Shown: positions 10,408 through 21,353, numbered from the stretch's first letter. The stretch: DNA of 64,000 bases from an uncultured Verrucomicrobiae bacterium (GCA_963782115.1 CAWAIK010000001.1:256001-320000); one strand, 5' to 3'. The notes: generated from the letters alone by a model not told the origin. Numbers and translations are program-made.

Positions 10408-11439
10408 GTGAATGATTCGTTGAGGTTTGTAGTTGCTGGTCTCGGCTGGTGGGGACGCACTTGGATGGACGTTTTAAAGATACATCCGAAGGTTCAACTG
10501 GTTGCCACCGTTGATCCTTCAGAAGGTGCACGAGATTGGAGTCGAAAGAATTTGGCAGTTGCGCACTTTGCAGACCTGGATAACGCATTTCACGAGATTG
10601 ATGCCGATGCGGTTCTTGTCGCTACGTCTCCGAAATTGCACGCTCCTGTCTTGATCAAAGCGATTGAGCATGGGAAACATGTTCTTGTCGAAAAGCCGCT
10701 TGCTGCGTCGCCTGAAGACGCCGCCAAAATTTCCAGTGCGGTCGAAAAGACTGCCGCGAAGGTGATGATCGGTCAGGGCTATCGATTCACCGACAGTGCG
10801 ACGATTCTTCGCCAGGCGCTCCAGAGCGGGAGAATCGGTAAGCTTCAGGCAATCCGTATCCTCTTTCGCCAATATGTCCCAGATATTTTGGAACAAGATC
10901 ATCCGTTGTATCAACTGCAGCACTCAATCCTGGTAGATATGGCCAATCACCACTTCGATCTGATCCGCTACTTGACATCCCAGGAGTTTTCGAAAGTGAC
11001 CGCCTTTGAGTATGAAACGCCGGGGAACGCGTTTCGCTATCCCTCGAGCGCTCTGTGTCTCCTGACCTTGGAAAACGGTGTCGCGGTGGTATGGGATGGG
11101 GATTGGTGCTACCTGCATCCCCGCACTTCTTGGGAAGGAGAGTGGGAATTTATCGGTTCGCAGGCGAGGATGTTCTGGCGAGGAGAGCAAGACAAGGAAA
11201 AAAAGGGTCGCTTTCGTCCGGTGATATCAATCGAGCGTCCCGGTGATACTCCGGAAGAGATTTCGTTTGAAGAATCGATCGGTGACCGTCGAGTGCCCGT
11301 CCTGGATCATTTCATTGAGTCGATTACGCATGGCAGACAACCCGAGCCTAGCGTATGGGACAATCTGAAGATGCTCCGCGCAGTGTTCGGCTGCATCGAG
11401 TCGTCGATTGTCAACCGTGAAATCTTCCTGAAGCCCTAG
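10408..11439 (+). CDS. Gfo/Idh/MocA family oxidoreductase
   Basis: GLGWWG, GKHVLVEKPLA, DMANHHFDL; GTG start is inferred. Confidence 0.88.
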   Translation: MNDSLRFVVAGLGWWGRTWMDVLKIHPKVQLVATVDPSEGARDWSRKNLAVAHFADLDNAFHEIDADAVLVATSPKLHAPVLIKAIEHGKHVLVEKPLAASPEDAAKISSAVEKTAAKVMIGQGYRFTDSATILRQALQSGRIGKLQAIRILFRQYVPDILEQDHPLYQLQHSILVDMANHHFDLIRYLTSQEFSKVTAFEYETPGNAFRYPSSALCLLTLENGVAVVWDGDWCYLHPRTSWEGEWEFIGSQARMFWRGEQDKEKKGRFRPVISIERPGDTPEEISFEESIGDRRVPVLDHFIESITHGRQPEPSVWDNLKMLRAVFGCIESSIVNREIFLKP

Positions 11440-11511
11440 TGCACCTAGACTAGTGGCAAAAGCCACTATTCCTCTGTGATTTCCAGCTGATTCCGCTAAT
11501 ATTGCACCGGC

Positions 11512-11748
11512 ATGAGAGCGTTGTTATTGTTTATATTAGGTATCATTGTAGGTGCGGGCGGGATGCTATTCCTTCCGGAATTGACTGCACGGCGCGAACA
11601 GCTAAATGAGGAAACGAGAAAACATCTGGACCAACTTGAGGGTCAGGTCCGCGATCTTGGAGATCAATTGAAGAAAATTAATATTCCGAAGCCCGGCGAC
11701 GACCAATCGAAGCAACCCTCGGTGACGCCGTCCCCTACAGCGCATTGA
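11512..11748 (+). CDS. Small hypothetical membrane-anchored coiled-coil protein
   Basis: N-terminal TM helix followed by a heptad-rich segment. Confidence 0.65.
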   Translation: MRALLLFILGIIVGAGGMLFLPELTARREQLNEETRKHLDQLEGQVRDLGDQLKKINIPKPGDDQSKQPSVTPSPTAH

Positions 11749-12054
11749 CTTTACCCGGCAACGGATTCGGTCGCCTTAAACCATTGTTCATCGCGTCGAA
11801 GACGACTTCGATAACGCACGATATTGGTTTCGGCGGGCCCGGGTGCACCCGGCGGCCGCCGAGATGTAATCGACGCGCTGCCGCCAATAGTCTGGCGGTC
11901 TCGAGCCATCCGATCTGGGATCCGTTATTTGTGACCGATATGGTCGAAACCTCGCTGACCACTGGCGTAACTGAAGAATTGCGAGTGATCTTGACGAGAG
12001 CAATCGAACCAAAAGGTATTTTGGGATAATGCCGGAAAGGGAGGCATATCTCCC

Positions 12055-12249
12055 TTGATGAAATACAGAATAGTCGTAGGAGGGATCGGCATGGTTTACG
12101 ACGGGGAATCCAAGTCGGAGGCCATGCGCCAATTCAGGCTGTTTGTTATTCAATCAAAAACCGCGACATCCAATTCGGCAGGCAAGTTGATAACATTGTT
12201 CAAAAACTACGCAATCATAAAGGAGCATTTCCCTCCTGACGAGTTGTAG
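12055..12249 (+). CDS. Small hypothetical protein
   Basis: 64-aa ORF with an upstream GGAGG and protein-like composition. Confidence 0.55.
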   Translation: MMKYRIVVGGIGMVYDGESKSEAMRQFRLFVIQSKTATSNSAGKLITLFKNYAIIKEHFPPDEL

Positions 12250-12500
12250 GTAGCCGTAACCATCTTTGGGCATGACGCGAATCGAATAACTTGCGCACTA
12301 GTCATCAATTCCAATTTTTGAGAAAGTTTCTCTTAGGTTAGTCGCGATTGCGGCGGTTTTTGACACCCCTCATCTGAAACGCTCAAGCGCACTTTTCGAT
12401 TTGTGGCGATCGAAGATCTCTGGAGGAAGTGGCATGGTGGAGTATTGCCTCTGTTACAGGTTGTCGCCTTCTTGAACCCGTTGCCTCTTTTGGGAAAAAG

Positions 12501-12912
12501 TTATTCACAATCGAGCATTAGGCATTCCACGGGGTCTGGAAAACTTCGTCTCAACCAGAATCTTTCGGGTTGCCCGCGGAAGATTGAGTGCCTCATACCG
12601 ACTCCAGCCATTGTAATAAAATGGCTTTGCGGAGTTATTCACACGATACGCACAGGCTGTACAGACAAGATCCGATGGATTTAACCAATTCCCAGGCGGC
12701 GGATTTAACTGACTAAAGAAGCTCGTGCGAGAAGACTTTACCACCGACTCAGTTGATTGGTCCGACATAACGTAGTCTTATTATCTCTAGAAATTTTGTA
12801 CTCATTAGAATTATTTTCTTGCTGACGTCGCGGGGTGATTTTATCCTCCAATCCCCGCTCGACGAAGGAAAGCCGGTCGATGCGAATAACATGTGAATAA
12901 CTATGTTGAAAG
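12501..12912. promoter_or_regulatory. DnaA-box cluster (candidate oriC or dnaA autoregulatory region)
   Basis: TTATTCACA at 12501-12509 and 12635-12643; TGTGAATAA at 12892-12900; near matches TGCGAATAA 12881-12889 and TTATCCTCC 12841-12849; AT-rich tract at about 12778-12820. Confidence 0.7.
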
Positions 12913-13093
12913 CTAGTTGACTGAACCCGGTTGAGGTGGCGCTCCAGATATCTCGACAGGAACGGCTCGGAGTCGTTTTGCTGTCTGTGATCAAGGGATG
13001 TGTGCTCCGCTTCTATCGGTCCTCCGGTTTACGCGAGTCGGAAAGGGTGGAAAATGATACGTCTCGCCATGGAGGAGTTTAATAGAAGCACCT

Positions 13094-14470
13094 ATGGAAG
13101 AGACTTACGATAACGTTTGGCGGGAAATAGGAAGCGGAATCAGGTTGCAGCTCAGCGCCGAGGCATTTCAGCGGTGGTTTGCATCGATTGAACTTGTGCA
13201 GGCGGATGAAATCGCGCTCACCTTCCAGATTCCGAACAGCATCTATCAATTTTGGATCGAGAGTAATTACTTGAATGTCCTGCAATCCGCTGTGATGTCC
13301 GTGCTCGGAAGCCCGCGAAAAATCAAATTCCGGACTGCAGAAAGCGGAAGTATGCGTCCCGTTGTTGATGCCTGTGGTGACCGGGTGAGCGAGCCATTGG
13401 CTCCAGTATCCCAAATATTCCATGATGAGGATTCGGAGGGCGTCATCAACCACGGGATGAATCCGCGCAATCGATTTGAAGCTTTTGTCGTGGGATCGAA
13501 TAACCAATTTGCGCACGCAGCCGCCCTCGCGGTTTCTCAATCGCCGGCCAAAACCTATAATCCGCTTTTTATCTACGGAGGCGTAGGTTTAGGAAAGACC
13601 CATTTGATGCAGGCGATCGGTCAGCAGACCATCGAACGAAGAAAGATCCAAAAGGTGATGTACCTCTCGAGTGAGCGGTTCACCAACGAGTTCATCGACG
13701 CGATCCAGCAGAACATGCTGGTCAGGTTCCGGAAGCGTTATCGTCAGACAGATGTTCTATTGATTGACGATATTCATTTCCTGGCTGGTAAAGAGCGGTC
13801 TCAGGAAGAATTTTTCCATACCTTTAACACGCTATTCGATGGTCGGAAGCAGATTGTGCTTTCAAGTGATCGTCCGGCCAGCGAGATCGCCAACCTGGAG
13901 CAGCGCCTTGTTTCTCGCTTCGAGTGTGGATTGACAACAGAATTGCAGCCGCCGGATATAGAGACGCGAATGGCAATTCTCCGGAAAAAGGCCCAGGCAT
14001 TTCATATCGAGCTGGCTGAGGATATTCTGGCTTTTCTCGCGCAACGTGTCCGAACTAATGTTCGGCGTCTGGAGGGTGCCTTGGTGCGGGTTGCCTCTTA
14101 CCAGTCGCTGCGTGGCCGAGCGTTTTCTCGCGAAACGGTAGAACAACTTCTTCGGGATATTTTGCGGGAAGAAGCCAAGAAGACAATCACCATCGATCAG
14201 ATTCAAAAGAAGGTGGCCGAACATTTTAATCTTCGACTCACGGATATGACCAGCAAACGGCGTACCGCGAATATTGCGTTCCCGCGCCAGGTAGCGATGT
14301 ATCTCGCTCGGCGCCACACCAAAGCCTCTTTGGACCAAATTGGAGAGACCTTCGGGGGTCGGGATCACGGAACGGTGCTGCACGCTTGCAAAATTGTCTC
14401 TGTGCGCATGAAGAAAGAGGATCAAGTGCGCCAAGCGATTGTTAGGCTCGATACGCAGCTCGACAGATAA
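13094..14470 (+). CDS. dnaA: Chromosomal replication initiator DnaA
   Basis: NPLFIYGGVGLGKTH Walker A, LLIDDI Walker B, QEEFFHTFN, NVRRLEGAL, PRQVAMYL, GGRDHGTV. Confidence 0.97.
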   Translation: MEETYDNVWREIGSGIRLQLSAEAFQRWFASIELVQADEIALTFQIPNSIYQFWIESNYLNVLQSAVMSVLGSPRKIKFRTAESGSMRPVVDACGDRVSEPLAPVSQIFHDEDSEGVINHGMNPRNRFEAFVVGSNNQFAHAAALAVSQSPAKTYNPLFIYGGVGLGKTHLMQAIGQQTIERRKIQKVMYLSSERFTNEFIDAIQQNMLVRFRKRYRQTDVLLIDDIHFLAGKERSQEEFFHTFNTLFDGRKQIVLSSDRPASEIANLEQRLVSRFECGLTTELQPPDIETRMAILRKKAQAFHIELAEDILAFLAQRVRTNVRRLEGALVRVASYQSLRGRAFSRETVEQLLRDILREEAKKTITIDQIQKKVAEHFNLRLTDMTSKRRTANIAFPRQVAMYLARRHTKASLDQIGETFGGRDHGTVLHACKIVSVRMKKEDQVRQAIVRLDTQLDR

Positions 14471-14518
14471 CCTCTACGAGAGCAATCCGACATAGTACTG
14501 GGTCTGAACATGGATGAC

Positions 14519-14920
14519 TTATTTCGAAATGCCCTGAAGCCTCTCGACAGGTTCAAGGACCGATCCCGAGGTGAGAACGATGGCGAAGAATATTTGCCGA
14601 GCTCCGGCAAGGTCACCGTCGAACTTAGCCAGATAGTAAGGAACTGGCCCCTCTTGAAGTTCGACGGATCGCAGATAAATCTCGTGTGCGCCGTAGAACT
14701 GCTTCGCCCAGGTCAGCGCTGCGACACCTGCATTGTGCTGCCGTTGGACCGCCTCGTCCTGCGATACGATCGCGCTTTGGTCGGTATTGTTGTTCGGAAT
14801 AAAGAACTCATAGACCGCGGGCGTTCCATCGGCTTTCGTCAAAGTAAATTTCAGCACTGGATCGGCAGCCAATGCCTGAAAAGCGGCTAACAGTAGCATC
14901 GGAAGAAGCAAGAATCGCAT
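14519..14920 (-). CDS. Hypothetical secreted protein
   Basis: Signal peptide MRFLLLPMLLLAAFQALA; convergent with dnaA. Confidence 0.7.
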   Translation of the reverse strand: MRFLLLPMLLLAAFQALAADPVLKFTLTKADGTPAVYEFFIPNNNTDQSAIVSQDEAVQRQHNAGVAALTWAKQFYGAHEIYLRSVELQEGPVPYYLAKFDGDLAGARQIFFAIVLTSGSVLEPVERLQGISK

Positions 14921-15277
14921 TGGTGGATAAAGGCTCGGTTTTTCTGCCTCTTGACAGTCACCTTCTCTCCGGCCTCGTTGTCAAGACACACTTCTTCATT
15001 GCCCTTTCTCTTAATCAGTTGGTATCGCGGCGCTTTGGAACCTCTTTTTAGACAGGAGCGTGGGTGCTCGGTTGTTGGTTGGACCGCTGACCTTTGTCAA
15101 GCCTCCCGGTCGCTGAGTCAGGTAATTCTCTGGAGGTCATCCTCTTTTTGGTGTCCTGAACGTGGTTCGCTCGTTCGTCGCACTATTGAATGAAGAAAAC
15201 ATCGATTCAGCCGCTCACGAGCGGGATGGAATTTGGGCAACGAAATAAGCGGGGTCTTGATTAAAACATTTCTACTG

Positions 15278-15778
15278 ATGAATTACCCATACAGCAGTTT
15301 AATATTGGAAGCCCAAAGGGCGAAGCAACGGTTAGCCCGGGTGTTGCAGGCGCGGCCGGAGCGGCGCGCTGGGAGCCTGTCTCTGCCGAACAGCGAGGGC
15401 GCCCCGGCTAGGAACGACCAACAAGGCGCAGCCAGTCGGCCAAGGGTGTCCCGGGAGATTTTGCGCCGACGCAATGGCCTTTGGGATGCCAGGAGAAATA
15501 CAGCGTTTCCGAGCCGGCTCTACTGGACGCGCGAGGACATGGGCACCCTAAGTTTTACATTGACGCTTCTGCTACTGGGTACCATCGCGGCAGCTCAAAC
15601 TGACCGCCCCGTGCTTTGGCTCTCGGTCGGGCCCGCACCGTTAGCCGTTGCCTTCGCAGCGGCAGCGTCTCTCCGAAAAAGATTCAATTTGTGTGCCTAT
15701 GTCCGTAGTCTTCGAAACCGGGCCAGGCAAGGCAGAGGGCGAACGGCACACACAGGAAGGTGTCATTGCCAGTGTTAG
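15278..15778 (+). CDS. Hypothetical protein with two hydrophobic segments
   Basis: Longest ORF in the interval; no family recognised. Confidence 0.35.
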   Translation: MNYPYSSLILEAQRAKQRLARVLQARPERRAGSLSLPNSEGAPARNDQQGAASRPRVSREILRRRNGLWDARRNTAFPSRLYWTREDMGTLSFTLTLLLLGTIAAAQTDRPVLWLSVGPAPLAVAFAAAASLRKRFNLCAYVRSLRNRARQGRGRTAHTGRCHCQC

Positions 15779-16075
15779 TAAAGGATAGCGATCTGCGTTG
15801 CTGACGATTCTTTCGTCTTCGCACGGACCAGGGCAGATTTCTTCGAGTAGCCAACCGGCGCTATTTCCGGCGCCAGAACGCGGATTTTGACTTCCGTAGG
15901 TTGGCGACGGTGGAAAACGTGATTCCTGGTTTTGACCTGCCTCCCGTTCTGGTTCTACCGTGAACACCGTGGTCTTCTCGCGAGCTCTTCTCTTTCTAAG
16001 AATCCGCGATATTGACCTCTCCTTCGTTTCCCGTATCTGTGGAGTCTGAGCAACCCGCTCAAGCTCTTATTTTGC

Positions 16076-16855
16076 ATGCACATTTCTCCCGGCGATACGG
16101 TGCTTTTGATTGTTGCAGGCTTATTCGCGGGCGTGATGAACGCAGTCGCCGGAGGCGGCACTTTCCTCACTTTTCCCGCCCTCGTCTTTATTGGTATTCC
16201 ATCGGTGGCGGCAAACCAGACTAGCACAATCGCCGTCTTTCCAGGTCAGATTGCCAGCTTTTGGGCGTACCGAAAGATCCTGGCGGCACAGACTCGCACG
16301 GTCATCGTTCTTGGCATGACCAGTCTTCTCGGAGGAGCGGTCGGCGCGATTATCCTTCTCAATACCTCCACCCCGGCATTTGATCGCCTGGTGCCGTGGC
16401 TCTTGCTCGGTGCGACATTGATGTTCGCTTTTGGAAATCAGCTCCGACGGCATCTCGGTTTGCGTCTGGTGAGCGCTTCGGGAGAAATCGGATCGGCTGC
16501 ATTGTGTAAGGCCGCCTTGCTACAGTTGGTTATCGGGGTTTACGGAGGATTCTACGGTGCTGGGGCAGGCATTCTGGAACTGGCAGTGCTGGATATGCTC
16601 GGGCTGGAAAACATCCATCTGGCCAACGCGCTTAAGGTCATTCTGACGACCGCTTTTAACGCGCTGGCCGTCGTCATCTTCCTGGCTGTTGGTAAAATTT
16701 ACTGGGCAGCCGCATTGATTGTCGGTCTGGCCACGATCGTCGGAGGCTACAGCGGCGCCTGGATAGCCCAGAGACTTCCGCAAGTTTGGGTGAGGGGGTT
16801 TGTGATTGTCGTGGGAGCGGTCATGACGGTCTATTTCTTTCTCAGAATCAAATAG
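16076..16855 (+). CDS. Sulfite exporter TauE/SafE family protein
   Basis: [30 protein letters not shown]; about 8 TM. Confidence 0.9.
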   Translation: MHISPGDTVLLIVAGLFAGVMNAVAGGGTFLTFPALVFIGIPSVAANQTSTIAVFPGQIASFWAYRKILAAQTRTVIVLGMTSLLGGAVGAIILLNTSTPAFDRLVPWLLLGATLMFAFGNQLRRHLGLRLVSASGEIGSAALCKAALLQLVIGVYGGFYGAGAGILELAVLDMLGLENIHLANALKVILTTAFNALAVVIFLAVGKIYWAAALIVGLATIVGGYSGAWIAQRLPQVWVRGFVIVVGAVMTVYFFLRIK

Positions 16856-16862
16856 GTACGAC

Positions 16863-17627
16863 ATGCAACTCACTGACTTTAAGGTATTGACCTTCGATTG
16901 CTATGGCACATTGATTGACTGGGAGAGTGGAATTACCAACGCTCTGCGGCCCCTGCTTGCTCGATGTGGAAAGACGCTGAGCCGCGACGAAGTGCTCGCG
17001 ACGTTTGCTCGTCACGAGGCGGCGCAGGAATCCGAGACGCCATCGATGATTTATTCAGAGTTGTTAGGGGCCGTACATTCTCGTATGGCCAGCGAATGGG
17101 GAATCGAGCCAAGCTCCGAAGAAAGCAAGGCATTCGGTAGCTCCGTCCCCGATTGGCCTGCATTCGCCGATTCGTCGGCTGCACTTCAATACCTGAAGAA
17201 CCACTATAAGCTAGCAATCCTTTCAAATGTGGACCGGGAAAGCTTTAAAAGGAGTAATACGCGACTGCAGGTCAAGTTCGACTACGTCTTCACAGCTCAG
17301 GACATCGGTTCATATGAACCGAATCTGTACAACTTTGAATACATGATCGAGAAACTTAGAGAGGCCGGGTACCGACAAGATGAGATCCTGCACACGGCGG
17401 AAAGTCTCTTTCATGATCACCTCCCGGCGAACCAGGCCGGACTAGCCTCTGCCTGGATTTACCGCCGCCATGCTCAGGAAGGCTTTGGCGCTACCCATCC
17501 GCCGGCAGAGATGCCGAGATGCGACTTTCAGTTTAAGAACATGGAAGAGATGGTTAAAGCGCACCAAGAAACATTGCAGGGTCCTGGCTCGCGATCGGTA
17601 ACGAAGATGACCAAATACAAAAGGTGA
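16863..17627 (+). CDS. HAD superfamily hydrolase (haloacid dehalogenase type II-like)
   Basis: [25 protein letters not shown]; motif III reads SYEP rather than SYKP. Confidence 0.88.
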   Translation: MQLTDFKVLTFDCYGTLIDWESGITNALRPLLARCGKTLSRDEVLATFARHEAAQESETPSMIYSELLGAVHSRMASEWGIEPSSEESKAFGSSVPDWPAFADSSAALQYLKNHYKLAILSNVDRESFKRSNTRLQVKFDYVFTAQDIGSYEPNLYNFEYMIEKLREAGYRQDEILHTAESLFHDHLPANQAGLASAWIYRRHAQEGFGATHPPAEMPRCDFQFKNMEEMVKAHQETLQGPGSRSVTKMTKYKR

Positions 17628-17646
17628 TCTCTTGGCGGACCTTCCA

Positions 17647-18876
17647 ATGCCGAATGACGCTAGTCCGCATGTTGACACGCCGGCACGCCGGCGGCCTTGC
17701 CATGTTGCCGCTTTAGCTCTCGGTCTGCTGCTGGAAGCTTGCGTCTCTTACCCGCAGATTCCGATCAAGGGTTACCTGGCAAATAAGCCGATCGCGACAG
17801 CCGTCGATTCTCCTCTGGCCAGATACTATCTGGAAACTTCATCGAACCATCCCGCCGCCAGTACGAAGCTTGATAAACAGGTTGCCGAAATCAATCGGCG
17901 CTTTGCAGGATCTCCACTTGACTCGGCGACCTTAAGGAGAATCTCACAGCAGACCTCACCAGATTTTGCGACCATCTATTTCGTTAATCGCATTTTGGCT
18001 GACGCCGCTAATAAAGCGTTTCAAGCCCGATACTTAGGCGAGCTGAGAAGAATTGATTCTCTCGTTCAACAAGCGAGGTGGACTAGCATTGCCCGAACTC
18101 ACCTCCGGGAATATAAATTTCTGTTTATCCCAGGGTTTCATTACCTTACCGATAAGAATTCAGGCGCCGATTTTGCCAACCAGAGACAGCTCATGCGCCA
18201 ACTCGGTGTCGATGCTCAGTTAGTTGGCACGGAAGAGGACGGCACCATAGAAGAAAACGCGGAAATCATTGCGCGGGTCATTCGCGCCAAAAGCGGATCT
18301 CAAGCGAAACTGGTTCTGGTAAGTACCAGCAAGGGCGGTCCGGAAACTGCCCTTGCTTTGGGAAGAATATTGCTGCCTGTCGAGACGAATTCGGTAAAGG
18401 CGTGGTTAAGTGTTGGAGGACTGATTCGAGGAACGCCGCTGGCCGACCGGGTAGTGAGCTGGCCGGCATCCTGGATTGCCCGAATTTTATTTTCGCTTCA
18501 ACAGACCGATTTTCGAAGCGTGCCCGGGCTGACGACCGCGGCAAGCCGCGCAAGGATGAACGGCATCAGATTGCCGGACCCCATTTTAATCGTACAATTT
18601 GTTGGCACTCCTCTTTCCGGCGACATCGCGGAGGACGTTAGGAGCCGGTACTCGTACCTGCGCAAGTTTGGTCCTAACGACGGGTTAACTCTTCTAGCGG
18701 ACGAATTGATGCCTGGCGGGATCACCCTCATCGAGCCGGGGGTCGACCATTTTTACCGCGATCCAGAGATTAATCTGAAGTCACTGGCGATCGCTAATCT
18801 CGTTGCCGATGACCTGAATTATAGTGCAGCACGTCCGGCCCGCGTCGCAATGTACCGGACCAACGGGTGCAGGTGA
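17647..18876 (+). CDS. Putative alpha/beta-hydrolase-fold lipoprotein
   Basis: Lipobox-like LLLEAC; FIPG; nucleophile elbow STSKGG; NDG; DH. Confidence 0.65.
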   Translation: MPNDASPHVDTPARRRPCHVAALALGLLLEACVSYPQIPIKGYLANKPIATAVDSPLARYYLETSSNHPAASTKLDKQVAEINRRFAGSPLDSATLRRISQQTSPDFATIYFVNRILADAANKAFQARYLGELRRIDSLVQQARWTSIARTHLREYKFLFIPGFHYLTDKNSGADFANQRQLMRQLGVDAQLVGTEEDGTIEENAEIIARVIRAKSGSQAKLVLVSTSKGGPETALALGRILLPVETNSVKAWLSVGGLIRGTPLADRVVSWPASWIARILFSLQQTDFRSVPGLTTAASRARMNGIRLPDPILIVQFVGTPLSGDIAEDVRSRYSYLRKFGPNDGLTLLADELMPGGITLIEPGVDHFYRDPEINLKSLAIANLVADDLNYSAARPARVAMYRTNGCR

Positions 18877-19153
18877 AACTGACAACTCCGCGAAGCTCTC
18901 TTGATTGAGATAATGTGTGATAAATTTTTTTCCTCGTTGACTGCTGTCGGGATTCGCGTAACCGTTTGATGTTATGCGCCAGGGCTTCCAGCTTAGTAGC
19001 CTCGAATTTCTCCTCCTCGGGAGTGGCGCCCCAATTTGCCACCTCTCTCTCAGCATCTAAATCTTTCTGGTTGGAATCGTCTGCGGTGGCGACAGCTCTG
19101 ACCTGAACCATGCGGCCACCGCGTTTTGACAATTCCTTGGACAATCCCGTGTT

Positions 19154-20869
19154 ATGCAATCTGAGCCCTTTACAAAATATCGTCCTCTTCAACCAGTCTT
19201 TCTACCTGATCGGCAATGGCCGAACCGAGTAATCGAGCGAGCCCCAACATGGTGCAGCGTCGACCTGCGGGACGGCAATCAGGCCTTGGCCCAACCGATG
19301 GATGTGGATGAAAAACTCGGCTTCTTCGACATGCTGGCAAAGATCGGTTTTAAGGAGATCGAAGTCGGATTCCCTTCCGCTTCTCAGATCGAGTTCGACT
19401 TCTGCCGCCGCCTAATCGATGAAGCGCGTATTCCGCCGGACGTCACCATCCAGATCCTCTGCCAATGCCGGCAGGAACTGGTCGAACGCAGCTGCGAAGC
19501 GGTCAAGGGTGCTCGCAACGTTCTTTTCCATCTCTACAATTCCACGTCACCGGCTCAACGCCGATACGTCTTCGAGACTGGGCGCGCAGAGATTATCAAG
19601 ATTGCCACCCGCGGAACAGAGTGGGTTAAGGAATACACTCAGCCTTTGACAGCCACCGGTACCAATGTCCGTTTTCAGTATTCTCCGGAGAGTTTCACCA
19701 GTACGGAACTCTTTTTCGCTTTGGAGATCTGTGAGGCGGTTACCGACGCCTGGCAACCAACGGTCGAGGATAAGATCATTCTGAATCTCCCGGCGACCGT
19801 GGAATACACAACTCCAAATGTGCATGCGGATCAGATCGAATGGATGTGCCGACATCTGACCCGGCGAGATCGTACCGTGGTCTCGCTCCACACTCACAAC
19901 GATCGCGGGACCGGGATCGCGGCGACCGAACTCGGGCTTTTGGCCGGCGCCGAGAGGGTCGAAGGAACGCTCTTTGGAAATGGCGAGCGTACCGGGAATG
20001 TCGATATCGTGACCGTGGCGTTGAACATGTACACTCATGGCGTTCATCCCGGCCTCGATTTCAGCGATATCAATCGTATCCGCGATGTCTTTGAACTTTG
20101 CACCCATATGGAGGTGTCACCTCGCCAACCTTATGCCGGAGAACTGGTTTTCACCGCGTTCAGCGGTTCCCATCAAGACGCGATCAAGAAGTCATGGGCA
20201 GCCCAAAAACCCGGCGCCCCGTGGGATGTTCTCTATATCCCGATCGATCCGGGCGACCTCGGCCGGAGTTACAAGGCAATTATCCGAATCAACTCGCAGT
20301 CAGGGAAAGGCGGTGTCGCCTATGTCTTGGAACACGAATTCGGTTATCAACTGCCCAAACTGATGCATAAGGAGATTGGCAGGATTATCAACGATCTCGC
20401 CGATTCCAAAAAGACTGAGCTCACGCCGGAGGAAGTCCATGAGGCGTTTCGAGGAGAATACATCGATCGAAACGAACCCGTTGCGTTGATCGATCTGCAG
20501 ACCATCGAGAGAACACAACAAGTGACCTGCCAAGCGCATCTCCTCGTGCATGGAGTCGAGCGGATCACACTCGGCAAAGGCAACGGACCGATCGACGCGT
20601 TCGTCCATGCGCTCCATGAGTCGGGTTTGCCCCCATTCGAGTTATTGAACTACTCCGAACACTCTTTGGACATGGGAGCGCAGGCGCGCGCGGTAAGTTA
20701 CATCCAGATACAGACCTCCCGGAGGCACACCTACTTCGGGGCCGGAATTGATACGAATATCGAGCTCGCCTCAATCAAAGCGGTCCTAAGTGCGGTAAAC
20801 CGGTCGCTACAATCCGGCCTCCGGTTGCAACAGCCTCCGACCAGCGTTGGTCAGGGGTCCGATCTTTAA
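19154..20869 (+). CDS. leuA: 2-isopropylmalate synthase
   Basis: VDLRDGNQ, EVGFP, YSPESF, HTHNDRG, GNGERTGN, FSGSHQDAI, GNGPIDAF. Confidence 0.96.
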   Translation: MQSEPFTKYRPLQPVFLPDRQWPNRVIERAPTWCSVDLRDGNQALAQPMDVDEKLGFFDMLAKIGFKEIEVGFPSASQIEFDFCRRLIDEARIPPDVTIQILCQCRQELVERSCEAVKGARNVLFHLYNSTSPAQRRYVFETGRAEIIKIATRGTEWVKEYTQPLTATGTNVRFQYSPESFTSTELFFALEICEAVTDAWQPTVEDKIILNLPATVEYTTPNVHADQIEWMCRHLTRRDRTVVSLHTHNDRGTGIAATELGLLAGAERVEGTLFGNGERTGNVDIVTVALNMYTHGVHPGLDFSDINRIRDVFELCTHMEVSPRQPYAGELVFTAFSGSHQDAIKKSWAAQKPGAPWDVLYIPIDPGDLGRSYKAIIRINSQSGKGGVAYVLEHEFGYQLPKLMHKEIGRIINDLADSKKTELTPEEVHEAFRGEYIDRNEPVALIDLQTIERTQQVTCQAHLLVHGVERITLGKGNGPIDAFVHALHESGLPPFELLNYSEHSLDMGAQARAVSYIQIQTSRRHTYFGAGIDTNIELASIKAVLSAVNRSLQSGLRLQQPPTSVGQGSDL

Positions 20870-20955
20870 CATCTGATCTGCCCCTCATTTGTTCTTTGGA
20901 CTATCCGCGATATTTGACCTGTCCCCAACTTTCGGCTTCGTTAAGTGACCATTGC

Positions 20956-21270
20956 ATGTGCAGAAATATCAAACCTCTCTTCAACTTCGATCCACCAGTC
21001 ACGGACGAAGAGATTCGAGCTGCTTCGATTCAGTTCGTGAGAAAAATCAGCGGTTTCAGCAAACCGTCGAAGGCAAACGAAGCCTCGTTCCTGTCTGCAG
21101 TCGATGAAATCGCCGGTATCTCGGCTAGTTTCCTCCGTTCGCTCGAAACCAATGCCCCACCGAAGAATCGGGAAGAAGAGGCCGCGAAATCAAAAGCTCG
21201 TGTCGCTGTTCACGATAAGGGACGCAGATTTCAGGGTCGCCAATCGGGAAATCTCTCGAGTCGCCAGTGA
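20956..21270 (+). CDS. DUF2277 domain protein
   Basis: MCRNIKPLFNFDPP.TDEEIRAAS.QFVRKISG. Confidence 0.85.
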   Translation: MCRNIKPLFNFDPPVTDEEIRAASIQFVRKISGFSKPSKANEASFLSAVDEIAGISASFLRSLETNAPPKNREEEAAKSKARVAVHDKGRRFQGRQSGNLSSRQ

Positions 21271-21353
21271 TGAGGAGGCAGTCTCGAAGCCTTGCTGTGG
21301 CCCAAACAATGGCGTCAGGAATCCGGAGTGCGAGCGGTTTCAGAAACGCCTGG

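Noticed and set aside
19126..19154. TTGACA upstream of leuA as a sigma-70 promoter
   Set aside because: No acceptable -10 hexamer at 16-18 bp spacing
18794..19192. Minus-strand ORF between the hydrolase and leuA
   Set aside because: Overlaps both neighbours and shows no recognisable family
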